From the IMG/VR virus record IMGVR_UViG_3300042518_001688, positions 1 through 64,000 of that record: a stretch of DNA of 64,000 nt; one strand, written 5' to 3'. The notes under the pieces are model-generated. The model was not told where the DNA came from. It ran no database searches and was given only the letters and a program-made list of their open reading frames with translations. Positions 18,878-28,927 of the stretch are shown here, piece by piece. Within the stretch, counting starts at the first letter, position 1. Each line of letters opens with the position of its first letter. This DNA is from a virus. Both the position numbers and the translations under genes were made by a program.

Positions 18878-19393
18878 ATGGCTATCAAACAAGGCAGAAT
18901 TTTAAATAGGTTTGATACTTCCGGTATTAAAACAGTCCGCGTAGATTTTAAGAATCCAGAAGCTCAAAAAGCTGTTAAAAAAGTAGTTGAGTTTCTAAAA
19001 GACAATGCAGAAGAATTTGAGCTAGAACCAGGGGAAACCTATCAGGGTGTGGCAGAAAATTTAGTTTGTGATGTAATCATGGAAGAAAGGTTCATAGTTT
19101 CTTCCATCCCCATACATGAAATAATTGTTAGTGCAGTATTAAAAAATTTAGAAGCTTTGAATGAAGATGAGTCTTACACTTCTGAATCTGAGGTGGCTGA
19201 ACCTGACATAGAAGACGCTTTGCATTACATAGAATCTTTAGCTTTTCAAGGCTCTGAAAGGCAAATTAAATGGGCTAAAGATATAGCTCTAAAAAACATT
19301 GATGATGTTGCAATTGCTTTAAAGAAAAACAAAACAATTCCTGCATCTGCAAAATGGTGGATTGATAATAGAAGCAATATTTCTATTTCATGA
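18878..19393 (+). CDS. Hypothetical protein
   Basis: AAGGA RBS; C-terminal GSERQIKWAKDI...AKWWIDNR motif common in mobile elements. Confidence 0.75.
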   Translation: MAIKQGRILNRFDTSGIKTVRVDFKNPEAQKAVKKVVEFLKDNAEEFELEPGETYQGVAENLVCDVIMEERFIVSSIPIHEIIVSAVLKNLEALNEDESYTSESEVAEPDIEDALHYIESLAFQGSERQIKWAKDIALKNIDDVAIALKKNKTIPASAKWWIDNRSNISIS

Positions 19394-19641
19394 GCAGAAA
19401 ACAGGAGAGCATCACACTCTCCCTTTCACTGGAACACAAAGCCAAACTTGAACAAAAAGCCTTAGAGTTTGGCTGTTTATGGGGCGATCGCCCTAACATT
19501 TCATCGCTACTAAAAGCGATCGCAGATGGTGAACTACTGCTTTCAAAAGCAGACAAACCCGCAAAGCAAAAGCGGGCATTAATCAAGAATGCGATCGCCA
19601 GCATTCAAGACGCACTCACAATTTTACTGGAGTTAATTTAA
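19390..19641 (+). CDS. RHH/WYL-N-terminal-like DNA-binding protein
   Basis: SITLSLSLEHKAKLEQKALEFGCLWGDRPNISSLLKAIADG. Confidence 0.6.
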   Translation: MSRKQESITLSLSLEHKAKLEQKALEFGCLWGDRPNISSLLKAIADGELLLSKADKPAKQKRALIKNAIASIQDALTILLELI

Positions 19642-19642
19642 A

Positions 19643-19909
19643 ATGATTGAAAATTTAAGAACGCTTGATCATACATACAGCGAACCCAATGTATTGACAA
19701 ATTTAAACCGGTCAATAGACCGCGATAATTTAACTTATCAATTCTTTGATAGTTACTCTGAAGATGTCAAGAGACTAATAAGTGACAGTCAAGGATATTA
19801 CATAGATTGTCCTTACTTCAATTCACAAGAAGAACAAGAGAAATTTGAAAATGACTGGATTATTATTTCTCGTTCAGAAGGACAGGTTAGATTAAGTAAA
19901 AAGAATTAG
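19643..19909 (+). CDS. Hypothetical protein
   Basis: 88-aa co-oriented ORF. Confidence 0.6.
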   Translation: MIENLRTLDHTYSEPNVLTNLNRSIDRDNLTYQFFDSYSEDVKRLISDSQGYYIDCPYFNSQEEQEKFENDWIIISRSEGQVRLSKKN

Positions 19910-19998
19910 CGATCGCCACAACCAGCCCTCGCTTTCCTTTCCCCTTCACCAAATACCAAGCGATCGCACTAGCAATAAATAGGCGATCGCTTAATTAT

Positions 19999-20403
19999 TT
20001 ATTTTTTCTTCTGATAAGCTTGTCTCTCTGGCGCGTGATTTTTGTGGACTTCGCAATATGGATAAATTGCGTCGCTTCTTAAATTAGAATTGCACACAAG
20101 GCAGTTCATACTAGCTGCTATTTCACTAGCTATGGGCGTATCCGGATCAAATGATGTTGTGACAATAGCTATAGGTTTACCCGCTTCTTTAATGGCTTGC
20201 CATTTACATCTATTCCTGTAGTGGCTAACTATGGGTGCTGCTAACCAGTAGGGTATTCTCCCACAGGATATAATTAGTCCCTTTGTTCCATTAATTTCCG
20301 GGAATGTCATCTGTAGTAAGTCTAGTCTATCTGCTTTTCCCCTGACTTGAATAAATATCCAAGTCTCCAAGTCTTTTTCTACGGTGGTAATTTTTGTAGT
20401 CAT
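19999..20403 (-). CDS. csx3: Degenerate Csx3/Crn3-like domain fused to Zn-finger tail
   Basis: PEINGTKGLIISCGRIPYWL matches Csx3 KGVVISGRGPIWL; YDPR and SH motifs lost. Confidence 0.65.
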   Translation of the reverse strand: MTTKITTVEKDLETWIFIQVRGKADRLDLLQMTFPEINGTKGLIISCGRIPYWLAAPIVSHYRNRCKWQAIKEAGKPIAIVTTSFDPDTPIASEIAASMNCLVCNSNLRSDAIYPYCEVHKNHAPERQAYQKKK

Positions 20404-20431
20404 AATCAACATTTTAGCTAATTTTAAAGTA

Positions 20432-20478
20432 ATTATAGTAGGATGCTTGACAACTTACTATAATCTTTGCTATTGTAG
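20432..20478. promoter_or_regulatory. Divergent promoter region with inverted repeat
   Basis: ATTATAGTA...TACTATAAT inverted repeat bracketing TTGACA. Confidence 0.55.
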
Positions 20479-20515
20479 TTTACATAAGAAAAAGCCAGCC
20501 AAGGAGCTACTACGT

Positions 20516-20818
20516 ATGTCCACTTACAATATTGACTTAGTTGATGGCATTGTAAAAGTTGGCTTTGGTGAGCCAGCGCAAAATGACCAAATCGTTAAAG
20601 ATGCAAAAGCCCTAGCTGATGCCTTAGTATCTTCCGGCGAATTAAATGGTCAATTGGTTAAGATTAGCGGACCCGCTTCTCTTCCTGTTGCTTTTGTTTT
20701 AGCTAAATCTTTTTCTGCGGTTGCTGCGGCGATCGCTTGCTATGATCCCAAATTGCAAAAATATGTGGTTGCTATCAGCCACAATCCTAAATATCAAATT
20801 GGTGATTTAGTTGATTAA
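20516..20818 (+). CDS. csx3: CRISPR-associated Csx3/Crn3-family protein
   Basis: AAGGAG RBS; VKISGPASLPVAFVLA...CYDPKLQKYVVAISHNP. Confidence 0.82.
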   Translation: MSTYNIDLVDGIVKVGFGEPAQNDQIVKDAKALADALVSSGELNGQLVKISGPASLPVAFVLAKSFSAVAAAIACYDPKLQKYVVAISHNPKYQIGDLVD

Positions 20819-20824
20819 TTAGTT

Positions 20825-20873
20825 AAAAGCGATTTGATTTGCTCGTTGCAAAATATCAAGTCGCTTTTTTTTA
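20825..20873 (+). terminator. Intrinsic terminator after csx3
   Basis: AAAAGCGATTTGAT...ATCAAGTCGCTTTTTTTT. Confidence 0.7.
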
Positions 20874-20883
20874 TGAGGATTTT

Positions 20884-21330
20884 ATGCAACAAAAATGCTT
20901 AGAAAAATGGAATAGCAATTTATTTTGGGAGTTAGTTGATCCTCCTAAAATAAATATCCCCAGCCATCTTGGTTGGGTTGAATATGAGGAATACATGAAA
21001 GCCATTCTGGTTAATTGTGTTCCTGGAGAACTCGGTAGATTATTGGTAGACTTCCCTGCTAACTCTACTGAAGATAATAAACTACACACGCATCCAGCAA
21101 GCGATCGCTGTGTAACAGTCATCAAAGGTAGTGGAGATTTTATCTGCTATCGTGACAAAAAAGTTCAAACTTTTCCTTTAGTTCCTGGCGTTCGTGTCTG
21201 GATGCCCAGGGGGATTTTACACACTTTTAAGAGTGGAAATGAAGGGTTGTTAGTTGAGAGCCTACACAATCCCTTTATTCCACTAGATCATCCCAAATGC
21301 TTGATTTATCCAAAGTTAGCAATTGAGTAA
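20884..21330 (+). CDS. Cupin-domain protein
   Basis: LHTHP...VIKGSG...MPRGILHTF. Confidence 0.8.
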   Translation: MQQKCLEKWNSNLFWELVDPPKINIPSHLGWVEYEEYMKAILVNCVPGELGRLLVDFPANSTEDNKLHTHPASDRCVTVIKGSGDFICYRDKKVQTFPLVPGVRVWMPRGILHTFKSGNEGLLVESLHNPFIPLDHPKCLIYPKLAIE

Positions 21331-21651
21331 TTTAATTATGCGTCAAGAGTGGCTAGGTTTGTTAAGAGATTTGCCAGTCTCTATAAATAATTTGGCTGAT
21401 CCTAGTATTCTGCGGCTTTCCACAGAGGCAAAGCTAAACCAGTTGGTGAGCGATCGCCATACTGGGCCAGTTGCCATCATCAAATCAGGCTTACTTCGTG
21501 CGCCCGTTATCCCTCATAATTTTAATTTAAAATCTGTCAGTCTCCTACAAAGACGTACTAGATATTTGGGATGTTTAAAATCCTGGTTGAACTTGTTACA
21601 TAACCAAGGAATTACAGGAAATTTCATGCTATGAGAGATGGAATGTATTTT

Positions 21652-22437
21652 CTAATTAAATAGTTTTATTATGCCTCTAATCAATTGAAAATGCGGGATA
21701 TTATCAAGTCTAAGTTGATTTTGCAAAACCTCCTTGCCAACAATACCACCACAAGTTAATAGGCATACTGCTGATGATTGAGCAAGGATTTTATCCGTTG
21801 ATAGCAGAAATGAACCGATTGTTTCAAGTAAATGGTGGTTATTAATTTGAGTTTCTGTATCAGCTAAAACTGACACAATTTTATGTCTAGCTGGTGATGA
21901 CATATTCTGAAGTTCAATAGCTAGGCTTGCTTGATATTCATCGGATTCGTCTGCTAACCAGTCAACTATTGTTTCTGCAATTTCATAAAGAGCATCTTCA
22001 TCTTCTAGCCCTGCGCGTAACTGATTAAGAAATTCCTTAATGTGAATAGGAAAATCATTTAATCCTATGAGACTCAATTGAGGCGCTGTTACTGTAGAAT
22101 TTAAAAAAACTTCATTCCCAGGTCTTTGCAATGGTGTGTCAGGGCTTAATAGAATAGTAGCTTGCCCACTGAGTAACTTAAATAAAGTTTCTTGGTCAAT
22201 TAAAAGTTTTTCACTATTATGTTTAATATAATCTCTCAATAGATCCAAATTTACAGATGATGATCGAGTATTTGTTGGTACGTCAGTATTAACATTGGTA
22301 AATACACTTCCTATGGTTTCATCTTGCCTAACCTTCAATTGGTTCTGGTTGTAAGCATTGATGTAATTCCTGGGTAATACACCACTGGAAAAAGTTTCTG
22401 GCTTCTTGATTAAATTTGTTGAGGTTTCCATTAACAT
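21652..22437 (-). CDS. Hypothetical partner of TIGR04255 gene (helical C-terminus)
   Basis: 261-aa ORF directly downstream; true start uncertain. Confidence 0.6.
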   Translation of the reverse strand: MLMETSTNLIKKPETFSSGVLPRNYINAYNQNQLKVRQDETIGSVFTNVNTDVPTNTRSSSVNLDLLRDYIKHNSEKLLIDQETLFKLLSGQATILLSPDTPLQRPGNEVFLNSTVTAPQLSLIGLNDFPIHIKEFLNQLRAGLEDEDALYEIAETIVDWLADESDEYQASLAIELQNMSSPARHKIVSVLADTETQINNHHLLETIGSFLLSTDKILAQSSAVCLLTCGGIVGKEVLQNQLRLDNIPHFQLIRGIIKLFN

Positions 22438-23113
22438 CTTTTATCTCCGTTATATTTTCAGTGTGAAAATCAGCATCTATAAAATAACCCAGTTCAGTAG
22501 ATTCTTTTTTCCGTGCAAGTCCATACCGAACACTCATTATTGCATCTGCATAACCCAGACGGCACATGAAAAACGAGAATGCGTCAGGAAAATTATCTTC
22601 TGGCAAGTCCTCAGCCGCAAATATACCTAACATTGGTGGTTTAAGTAGGTCTCGCCAGTGCCTATTCTCTAAACCCAGTTCAGAGCGCATAATAAAGTCC
22701 TGGTATCGCAGTCCAATTCTGGTAAAGTATGACGGTTGATAGTGTTTGACCACTAATTCAATAGCAGTAGATAGTCGCTTACTGAAATCCTCCCAACTGG
22801 TATATTTCAAAGTAGAAAGGGCTATAAAGTCACTTGATAAAACAAGTTTCCATACTCCTTCTTTGTCAGCAAACTCGTAAGAAAAGCCTTGTCCTAACAG
22901 CAACGGAGGTGAATTAGGTTGTGGGTTGGACGATATAGACATTTCAATGGATTGAGGTTGACTGAATAGTGGATAATCAGACCTCACCGCTTCCTGAAAG
23001 TCTACAGGAGCTTCTTTCTCAATTTTTAATATTTTTGGAAACCTAAGTTGACAAATTACTTCCACAAGAGGATTGCGGGAATATCTAACGCGAGGAGATT
23101 CAGGAAATTTCAT
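22328..23113 (-). CDS. TIGR04255-family protein
   Basis: YSRNPLVEVICQLRFP...YTSWEDF...RIGLRY...IDAD. Confidence 0.85.
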   Translation of the reverse strand: MKFPESPRVRYSRNPLVEVICQLRFPKILKIEKEAPVDFQEAVRSDYPLFSQPQSIEMSISSNPQPNSPPLLLGQGFSYEFADKEGVWKLVLSSDFIALSTLKYTSWEDFSKRLSTAIELVVKHYQPSYFTRIGLRYQDFIMRSELGLENRHWRDLLKPPMLGIFAAEDLPEDNFPDAFSFFMCRLGYADAIMSVRYGLARKKESTELGYFIDADFHTENITEIKDVNGNLNKFNQEARNFFQWCITQELHQCLQPEPIEG

Positions 23114-23423
23114 AGACTTGTTTAACTTAGCTAATCGGCAACCAAATTAAGGTTCTGTTTAAGACATAGATAAAGGTATACCTAAAAAACTCAGGTTGAA
23201 GTAAATAATAAAACTCTGTATAGAGATTTATAGAAATTTTGAGTTTGGTTAACCCAAAATTAACCTTCTCACTTTTATATGATTTTAATTCTAAAACACT
23301 ATATATTTCCTGTCTTCCGCACTCCTAAATAGACATTTTACAATCTCTTTACACAAAAAATTGATAGTCAAGTTATGATTTCAGTATTATGACCATGAAT
23401 CAGTAGTATAGCTTATCACGAGC

Positions 23424-23640
23424 ATGAGTGCCGAATATTCCGAAGATATCCTAGTTCAACAAACCACAGCAGACTTCTTTGAACATACCCTGAAATGGCA
23501 TTGCGTTTACGCCTATAATCAGGAAACCTTCGGTATTGACGGTACACTGGGACGCAAAGACAAAAAAGAAATAGTCCTCAAACGCTATCTCCGGGAAGCA
23601 CTAGCAAAAATAAACCCTGGTCATCCCCAGCAAGTATTAC
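23424..23640 (+). pseudogene. hsdR: Truncated type I restriction HsdR N-terminus
   Basis: YSEDILVQQ...ETFG..GTLGR...LREALAKINP, then runs into the antisense of the helicase. Confidence 0.7.
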
Positions 23641-24603
23641 GACTACTAAGGCATCTTCAGCAGTCAAACTACGAATGCGGTCTTTCATTTGCCGTGCCGC
23701 AGCAATTGTTGGAACTCTTATATAAGTAGCGCACTCAGGAAGTCCCTTGGCTCGGTCTAGTTTCATCCGACCATGCGCCCACAAAATTGCTTTTTCAACC
23801 CAACCGCCTTGAACATCAATGGCTGTATTTAAAGAATCAGTTAACTGTTGTTCATTAGTTGCGTTAGTAAAAGTTTTACCGTTGTAGACAGCACGACCTC
23901 TACGATAGGAAAATTCCCCTTCCATTGTCACAAACGAAAAAGCAGGAATTATGCCATCACGCAAGGCATCTTCCAATCTATACTGGAAGTCAGGAACGCA
24001 TTGGTAAGCATTCTCTTCCACAGGGGTATAAGTTAGCCAGTTACCCAAAATCCTCTTGTTATCGGAACGGAACGGTGTACCGGAAGTCATTAATCGGTGG
24101 GATACAATCGCATCTGGAAACGCTTGTTCACAAGCTTGGCCAAAAGCTAAATCGGAACTAACATGATGAACTTCGTCCAGAATCACCAATAATTTGCGTG
24201 CTACAGTTCTGGATAAATGATCTAGAAGCGAGTCAGAGTTACCTGAATAACTGAGCCATTGATAACTGACAACCAAACCGTGATAAGATTGTGATAATAA
24301 CTCTTCTGGTGTGGGCAACCTGCCTAAGCTTTTCACAGTCCCTGAGTAAAAAAGATTAAGGTTAAAAAGATTGAAAGCATCCTGGGCATATTGCCGTTTC
24401 AAGTGTTCTGCCGGAACAACAACAACCAGAAATTTCCAGTCAAAACCATTTTTGAGAGAATTGAAAGCGTGTAATGCTCCAGCCGTTTTTCCTGCTGATG
24501 TACAAGCTTCAACTAGGAAGTTCTTTTTGGGGTTGGTTTGATATGCTCTGACAAATCTTTCTTGCCTCCATCTTCTGACTTTGCCTTTGGACAGTAAATT
24601 CAT
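23578..24603 (-). pseudogene. DEAD/DEAH-box helicase, C-terminally truncated
   Basis: RRWRQ, TSAGKT, LDEVHH, SGTPFRSD; second RecA-domain motifs V/VI absent. Confidence 0.7.
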
Positions 24604-24615
24604 ATTTTATTTCTC

Positions 24616-25293
24616 CTAGATCAAAAATGTTGTTGATGAGTTTTCTTTACCTAATCTAATGTCAAACACAGCGTCATAGCATTGCCTACCACTGTTTTTA
24701 ATCGGCTTACCATTTTTAAATTGTGGTATGCCATTAATAGTTTTTTGGCATTTACTCATGGGTTCACCGTCTTTCAAGTAATCAATTCGCTTGGGGATTA
24801 AGTGAGTGTGGTGAATATGTGCTTCTAAGTTTTTTAAGCTTTCACTTCTTGCCTGGCTTGAAAAGGTATCCAGTGGAATTAGGAACAATAATCTCGCAGT
24901 TGGATTATCGGGATTTAATAGCTTAAGAGAATGGCTAATTGCCTCCATGCACAAACTAAATGGTGGATTGGTGATAATTAAGTCGTAGTAACCACCATGC
25001 TGAAATTCAAAAAAGCTACCATGATATGCAAAACAATGGTTTTTTAGTTGAATAAGTTGCAGGTAGCGAGAATACTTTATTTCTAGAACATCAATTATGC
25101 GATCGCTCGGTAAATACTTCACGATTTGACCACTTCCTGCGAAGGGTTCTAGTATTTTCATATCTGTTGGTAATACTAAGCTTGCGATCGCTTGTGCTTC
25201 TTTATCGGGAGTCTCATAGTCATCATTCGTAAACTCCTCAACCGATCTAATTGATAATAGCTGATTCATGTTATTTTGTTCAGTAGTTTTCAT
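24616..25293 (-). CDS. Adenine DNA methyltransferase
   Basis: DDYETP, ILEPFAGSG, IITNPPF. Confidence 0.85.
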   Translation of the reverse strand: MKTTEQNNMNQLLSIRSVEEFTNDDYETPDKEAQAIASLVLPTDMKILEPFAGSGQIVKYLPSDRIIDVLEIKYSRYLQLIQLKNHCFAYHGSFFEFQHGGYYDLIITNPPFSLCMEAISHSLKLLNPDNPTARLLFLIPLDTFSSQARSESLKNLEAHIHHTHLIPKRIDYLKDGEPMSKCQKTINGIPQFKNGKPIKNSGRQCYDAVFDIRLGKENSSTTFLI

Positions 25294-25324
25294 TGTTATT
25301 CTTCTAGTTTTGGGGAGAAATAGA

Positions 25325-25570
25325 TCATAAAGTTTTAAATCCATACAAATTCCAAATCCAAGTTTTACCGTTTCTGGTAATTTCCTGGGGTCTGTCAATT
25401 ACCACGTCAAAATTTCTGCCGCGACAATTTTTATTACTTGACCAAGTTTGTAACATTCTTTGTTCTGAACACTCTCTATCGAGAGATTTCATCCGCATCC
25501 AACGACCATCAGAATCCTTAAAGTAGTTACCGCAAATGCCTACTTTTTCTCCATTTTTTAATGTTATCAT
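25325..25570 (-). CDS. Hypothetical protein
   Basis: 81 aa with RBS, in - strand operon. Confidence 0.6.
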   Translation of the reverse strand: MITLKNGEKVGICGNYFKDSDGRWMRMKSLDRECSEQRMLQTWSSNKNCRGRNFDVVIDRPQEITRNGKTWIWNLYGFKTL

Positions 25571-25625
25571 TTTTCCCTACCATCAAAAGAAATTTTGTTA
25601 GCGATCTGCTTGATTATGTACCGCA

Positions 25626-26966
25626 TTAATAACCACCTGTGGCTAAATTTCTGAACTTGGTATATTGCGGATCAAACAGAAGTTTAACTGTTCCTGTTGG
25701 TCCATTCCGATGCTTGGCAATAATTATCTCGGCAATCCCTCTGTCTGGAGTATCGGGATTGTAGTATTCATCCCGATACAACATCATCACGATATCTGCA
25801 TCCTGTTCTATAGATCCGCTTTGACGTAAATCAGACAACATAGGGCGTTTATTGGTTCTTGCCTCAACCCCACGATTTAACTGAGATAAGGCAATAATTG
25901 GTACATTCAATTCCCTGGCTAACTTCTTTAGTCCGCGAGTGATTCTGGATATTTCCTTAACATCATCATCACCAGAACCACCCATCAGTTGCAAATAATC
26001 AATCACCACTAAGCCCAAATCACCCTTTGCTTTTTGGAGTCTCCGACATTGCGATCGCACATGATTGACTGTAATATCTGCGGTGTCGTCAATGTAAATT
26101 TCTGACTCGCTTAACGAGTTGATGGCGCGAAACAAAGAATCCCATTGAGTGCTAGAAACCTTACCAGTTCGCAAGGATGACGACTCAATTCCTGTCTCAC
26201 TGGACAATAGCCTTTGAACTAATTGATCCTTGCTCATTTCTAAGCTAAAGAATGCGATCGGCATCTTGGCTGCACCTATGTAATGCGCCATATTCAAAGC
26301 AAATGCTGTTTTGCCGAGCGATGGCCTAGCTGCCACGATAATTAAATCGGAGCGTTGAAAGCCACTGGTCATTGCATCTAAATCATAAAACCCGCAAGGT
26401 ATTCCCGGTGACGCAGTGCCATTAGACCTGGTTTCAATATCTTGATAGGTAGTAATTAGCGTTTCTGATATATGAACTAATCCCGACTCTTTCTTCTCTT
26501 CGGCAATGGTACTGATTCGCTGGTCTATCCTGTCCCGAATCTCAGGTAGTTCAGTTTCGGTTTGGTATCCCAACTCAATTAGGTCATTACCTGCCTTGAT
26601 GATGTTTCGGCGCTCATACAACTCCATCAGCCTTTTAGCTTGGAAATCAATATTTACGGCGGAAACAACACTATCGGCTAAACTAGCAATCTTATTTCTG
26701 CCACCTACCGTTTTCAAGAATCCCTTGTCTGTCAACCAACCAGTAATCGGACCCAATGATACAAGAGGCAATCCCTTGGAGTGAAGATCCAAAAACCCCT
26801 TGTAGATGGTCACATGAGATGAATCAGAGAATGCTTCAAACTTGAGGATGTCAATAACTCTACCCATTGCTTCGGGGTCAAGCATTATCCCCCCTAGAAT
26901 TGCCTCCTCGCATTCGATATCGGTAGGGGGCAATCCGTGATTACTACGGAAGTTTAAATCTGTCAT
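25626..26966 (-). CDS. dnaB: Replicative DNA helicase
   Basis: AARPSLGKT, IDYLQL, SQLNRGVE, SDLRQSGSIEQDAD, KHRNGPTG. Confidence 0.97.
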   Translation of the reverse strand: MTDLNFRSNHGLPPTDIECEEAILGGIMLDPEAMGRVIDILKFEAFSDSSHVTIYKGFLDLHSKGLPLVSLGPITGWLTDKGFLKTVGGRNKIASLADSVVSAVNIDFQAKRLMELYERRNIIKAGNDLIELGYQTETELPEIRDRIDQRISTIAEEKKESGLVHISETLITTYQDIETRSNGTASPGIPCGFYDLDAMTSGFQRSDLIIVAARPSLGKTAFALNMAHYIGAAKMPIAFFSLEMSKDQLVQRLLSSETGIESSSLRTGKVSSTQWDSLFRAINSLSESEIYIDDTADITVNHVRSQCRRLQKAKGDLGLVVIDYLQLMGGSGDDDVKEISRITRGLKKLARELNVPIIALSQLNRGVEARTNKRPMLSDLRQSGSIEQDADIVMMLYRDEYYNPDTPDRGIAEIIIAKHRNGPTGTVKLLFDPQYTKFRNLATGGY

Positions 26967-27739
26967 GGTTTTATCGCCCCGATCGCTTTCAATTTCTCAC
27001 TTAACTCAATTCGCTGTTCTTCTGTAATGGGTACGCCTTCCTGCACGGGCTTCTTAGAAGAACCGGGGGTTTCGTTATACTTGGTCTTGAATGATTTCCA
27101 CAGTTCACCGGATATCAGAGAGGATATGGTTAATTCCATGCCAACTGACTCAAGGCACAACCGACCTTTTTCTGATAGTTGAGAGAGGTGGTATTCTTTC
27201 TCGCCTCGGCAAGCTCTCTCAACATGATCCCAATCGTAGGCGATATCTACAATTACTTCCTGGATTTCCAATACCGCAGCCTGGGGTAAGCACAAAACGG
27301 ATTTATCAATTGGTTGGGTGTGGACGGAAATAAACTGCTTTTCCAGTTTTGGTAATTCCTTGGGGTCAGCAAACTTAACCGAACCCAGACCACCGATCGC
27401 TTGCAATGCAGTCCTAGCTTGCGGATTGAGTTGCAATAGTTTCTCCCTAGCTTCTGGGATTGGCAGGGGAACTATCTGAGCGATCGCTCCCCAATCCTGA
27501 AGTGCTTGGGCTTCTTTATTGGGTTTGACAAACTCAATGATTTTCTCAACCGGTGGCATAAACTCACAACGGGCGATCGCTGTTTCGACAGCTTGAAGCC
27601 ATTCTTGGTCGTTCAGGTGTTGGGATGCAGTATTTAACCAAACACCCTGAATTAATGGGTTGCTTAATTTACCAGCTTCTCTTGGCCATTGTGCAGCGAT
27701 CGCCTCTAAGCCAATTTGAAAGGACTCAGGAGTTATCAT
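26963..27739 (-). CDS. Putative helicase loader / replication accessory protein
   Basis: Position between initiator-like gene and dnaB; FMPPVEKI motif. Confidence 0.5.
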   Translation of the reverse strand: MITPESFQIGLEAIAAQWPREAGKLSNPLIQGVWLNTASQHLNDQEWLQAVETAIARCEFMPPVEKIIEFVKPNKEAQALQDWGAIAQIVPLPIPEAREKLLQLNPQARTALQAIGGLGSVKFADPKELPKLEKQFISVHTQPIDKSVLCLPQAAVLEIQEVIVDIAYDWDHVERACRGEKEYHLSQLSEKGRLCLESVGMELTISSLISGELWKSFKTKYNETPGSSKKPVQEGVPITEEQRIELSEKLKAIGAIKP

Positions 27740-28649
27740 TTTTGTTCTCCCATAGGTGTGCGTGGAATACTATTTTGGGTGCTGATTCTTGTTGCTTGGT
27801 GTAAGAATTTAAAGCTTTTTGTCCTTGGGCGATTTGTGATTTATCTACTCCTGGTACAGCCCGTCCAATATCCTTTGAATTACCGCCTTCAACCCTTGCT
27901 TTATATTCTGGGTTATTTTCCATTGCTGTAGCGTGAGCGTCGGAATATTTAAAGAGTTTCTCGTTGGTGCAAAGGTTGTCTAAATCCCACTGTCCACTTC
28001 TGCACCAATCAGTAGATTTATCCCCTTCCCTAGCCCAAGTCAAGGCATCAATAAACTTTTGAGGGGCATCATCAGGATACATCTCAATCAACCTTTTAAT
28101 AGCCTTCATTGAATTACTGGGAATCCATTGGTGCTTTGTCCAGGTTGTTAATTTATACTCCATGTAGATAGGCAGGAATATTCTATCTATCTCTAAATCC
28201 TGTGCTGATCTTGGTTTGGTGGTTTTCTTTTTGGTTACTGTTTTTGGTTCTGCGACAACTATCTGACTAGATTCTTGTGGGATAGCTACAGGTAAAGGTA
28301 GTTGCTCTACTACCTCTTCTTTCTTTTCTGGTTCTACTACCTCACCAATCCCCGCCAGCTTTGCATCAACAACTTTATGATTAACCCGAAATCTGATTAT
28401 TTCTGGGTCATCTTCCTGTGTTTCCATTAGTCCCCGTTCTACAGCGATCGCTAATGCTGCATCAATCTCTTCCTTGGTCATCCCTGTGTCCTTTTGCCAT
28501 TGGACATAGGTTCTGGGAACAAAACGCCCACCGGAATTTGCTACGAGTTCATAATTGACGGCTTGAGTCAGCAATAAACCGCCTAGTACACCCGCGATCG
28601 CGCAAAAAGGACGTTGCAAAATAATCGGTTTGAAAAAAGTAGACAACAT
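27726..28649 (-). CDS. Putative phage replication initiator
   Basis: N-terminal wHTH-like (WQKDTGMTKEEIDAA), linker, C-terminal WDLDNL; upstream of loader and dnaB. Confidence 0.55.
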   Translation of the reverse strand: MLSTFFKPIILQRPFCAIAGVLGGLLLTQAVNYELVANSGGRFVPRTYVQWQKDTGMTKEEIDAALAIAVERGLMETQEDDPEIIRFRVNHKVVDAKLAGIGEVVEPEKKEEVVEQLPLPVAIPQESSQIVVAEPKTVTKKKTTKPRSAQDLEIDRIFLPIYMEYKLTTWTKHQWIPSNSMKAIKRLIEMYPDDAPQKFIDALTWAREGDKSTDWCRSGQWDLDNLCTNEKLFKYSDAHATAMENNPEYKARVEGGNSKDIGRAVPGVDKSQIAQGQKALNSYTKQQESAPKIVFHAHLWENKNDNS

Positions 28650-28728
28650 AGGTTATAAAAGGGAGATACATTAAATCTATTTTTCCTTAGCACGACACTG
28701 GTTGGTATCCAATATCGTGCTATTTTTC

Positions 28729-28923
28729 TTAGGATACAGTATTGGATTGCCTATTTAAAATGAAAATAGCAGAAGGGCATTCATTACCATTTATATCTTT
28801 ACTGTCTGTGCGACACGCATATCCATCAGACATCCCATAGACTTTTCTCTCGATAGTCCATGCAATGCCATACGAATCAACAAACTTCATCCCTGGTTTA
28901 ATTTCTGTATTCGAGTCGAACAT
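28729..28923 (-). CDS. Hypothetical protein
   Basis: Small ORF in operon; start overlaps the TCGA palindrome. Confidence 0.5.
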   Translation of the reverse strand: MFDSNTEIKPGMKFVDSYGIAWTIERKVYGMSDGYACRTDSKDINGNECPSAIFILNRQSNTVS

Positions 28924-28927
28924 CGCG

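Larger units (their letters stand above)
18439..20124. repeat. 166-bp direct repeat (18439-18604 and 19959-20124) encoding a shared Zn-finger tail
   Basis: Near-identical sequence at offset 1520; begins with HIP1-like sites. Confidence 0.92.

Noticed and set aside
21323-21634. 103-aa ORF after the cupin
   Set aside because: Weak start and degenerate C-half; possibly a gene remnant, with no supportable product call
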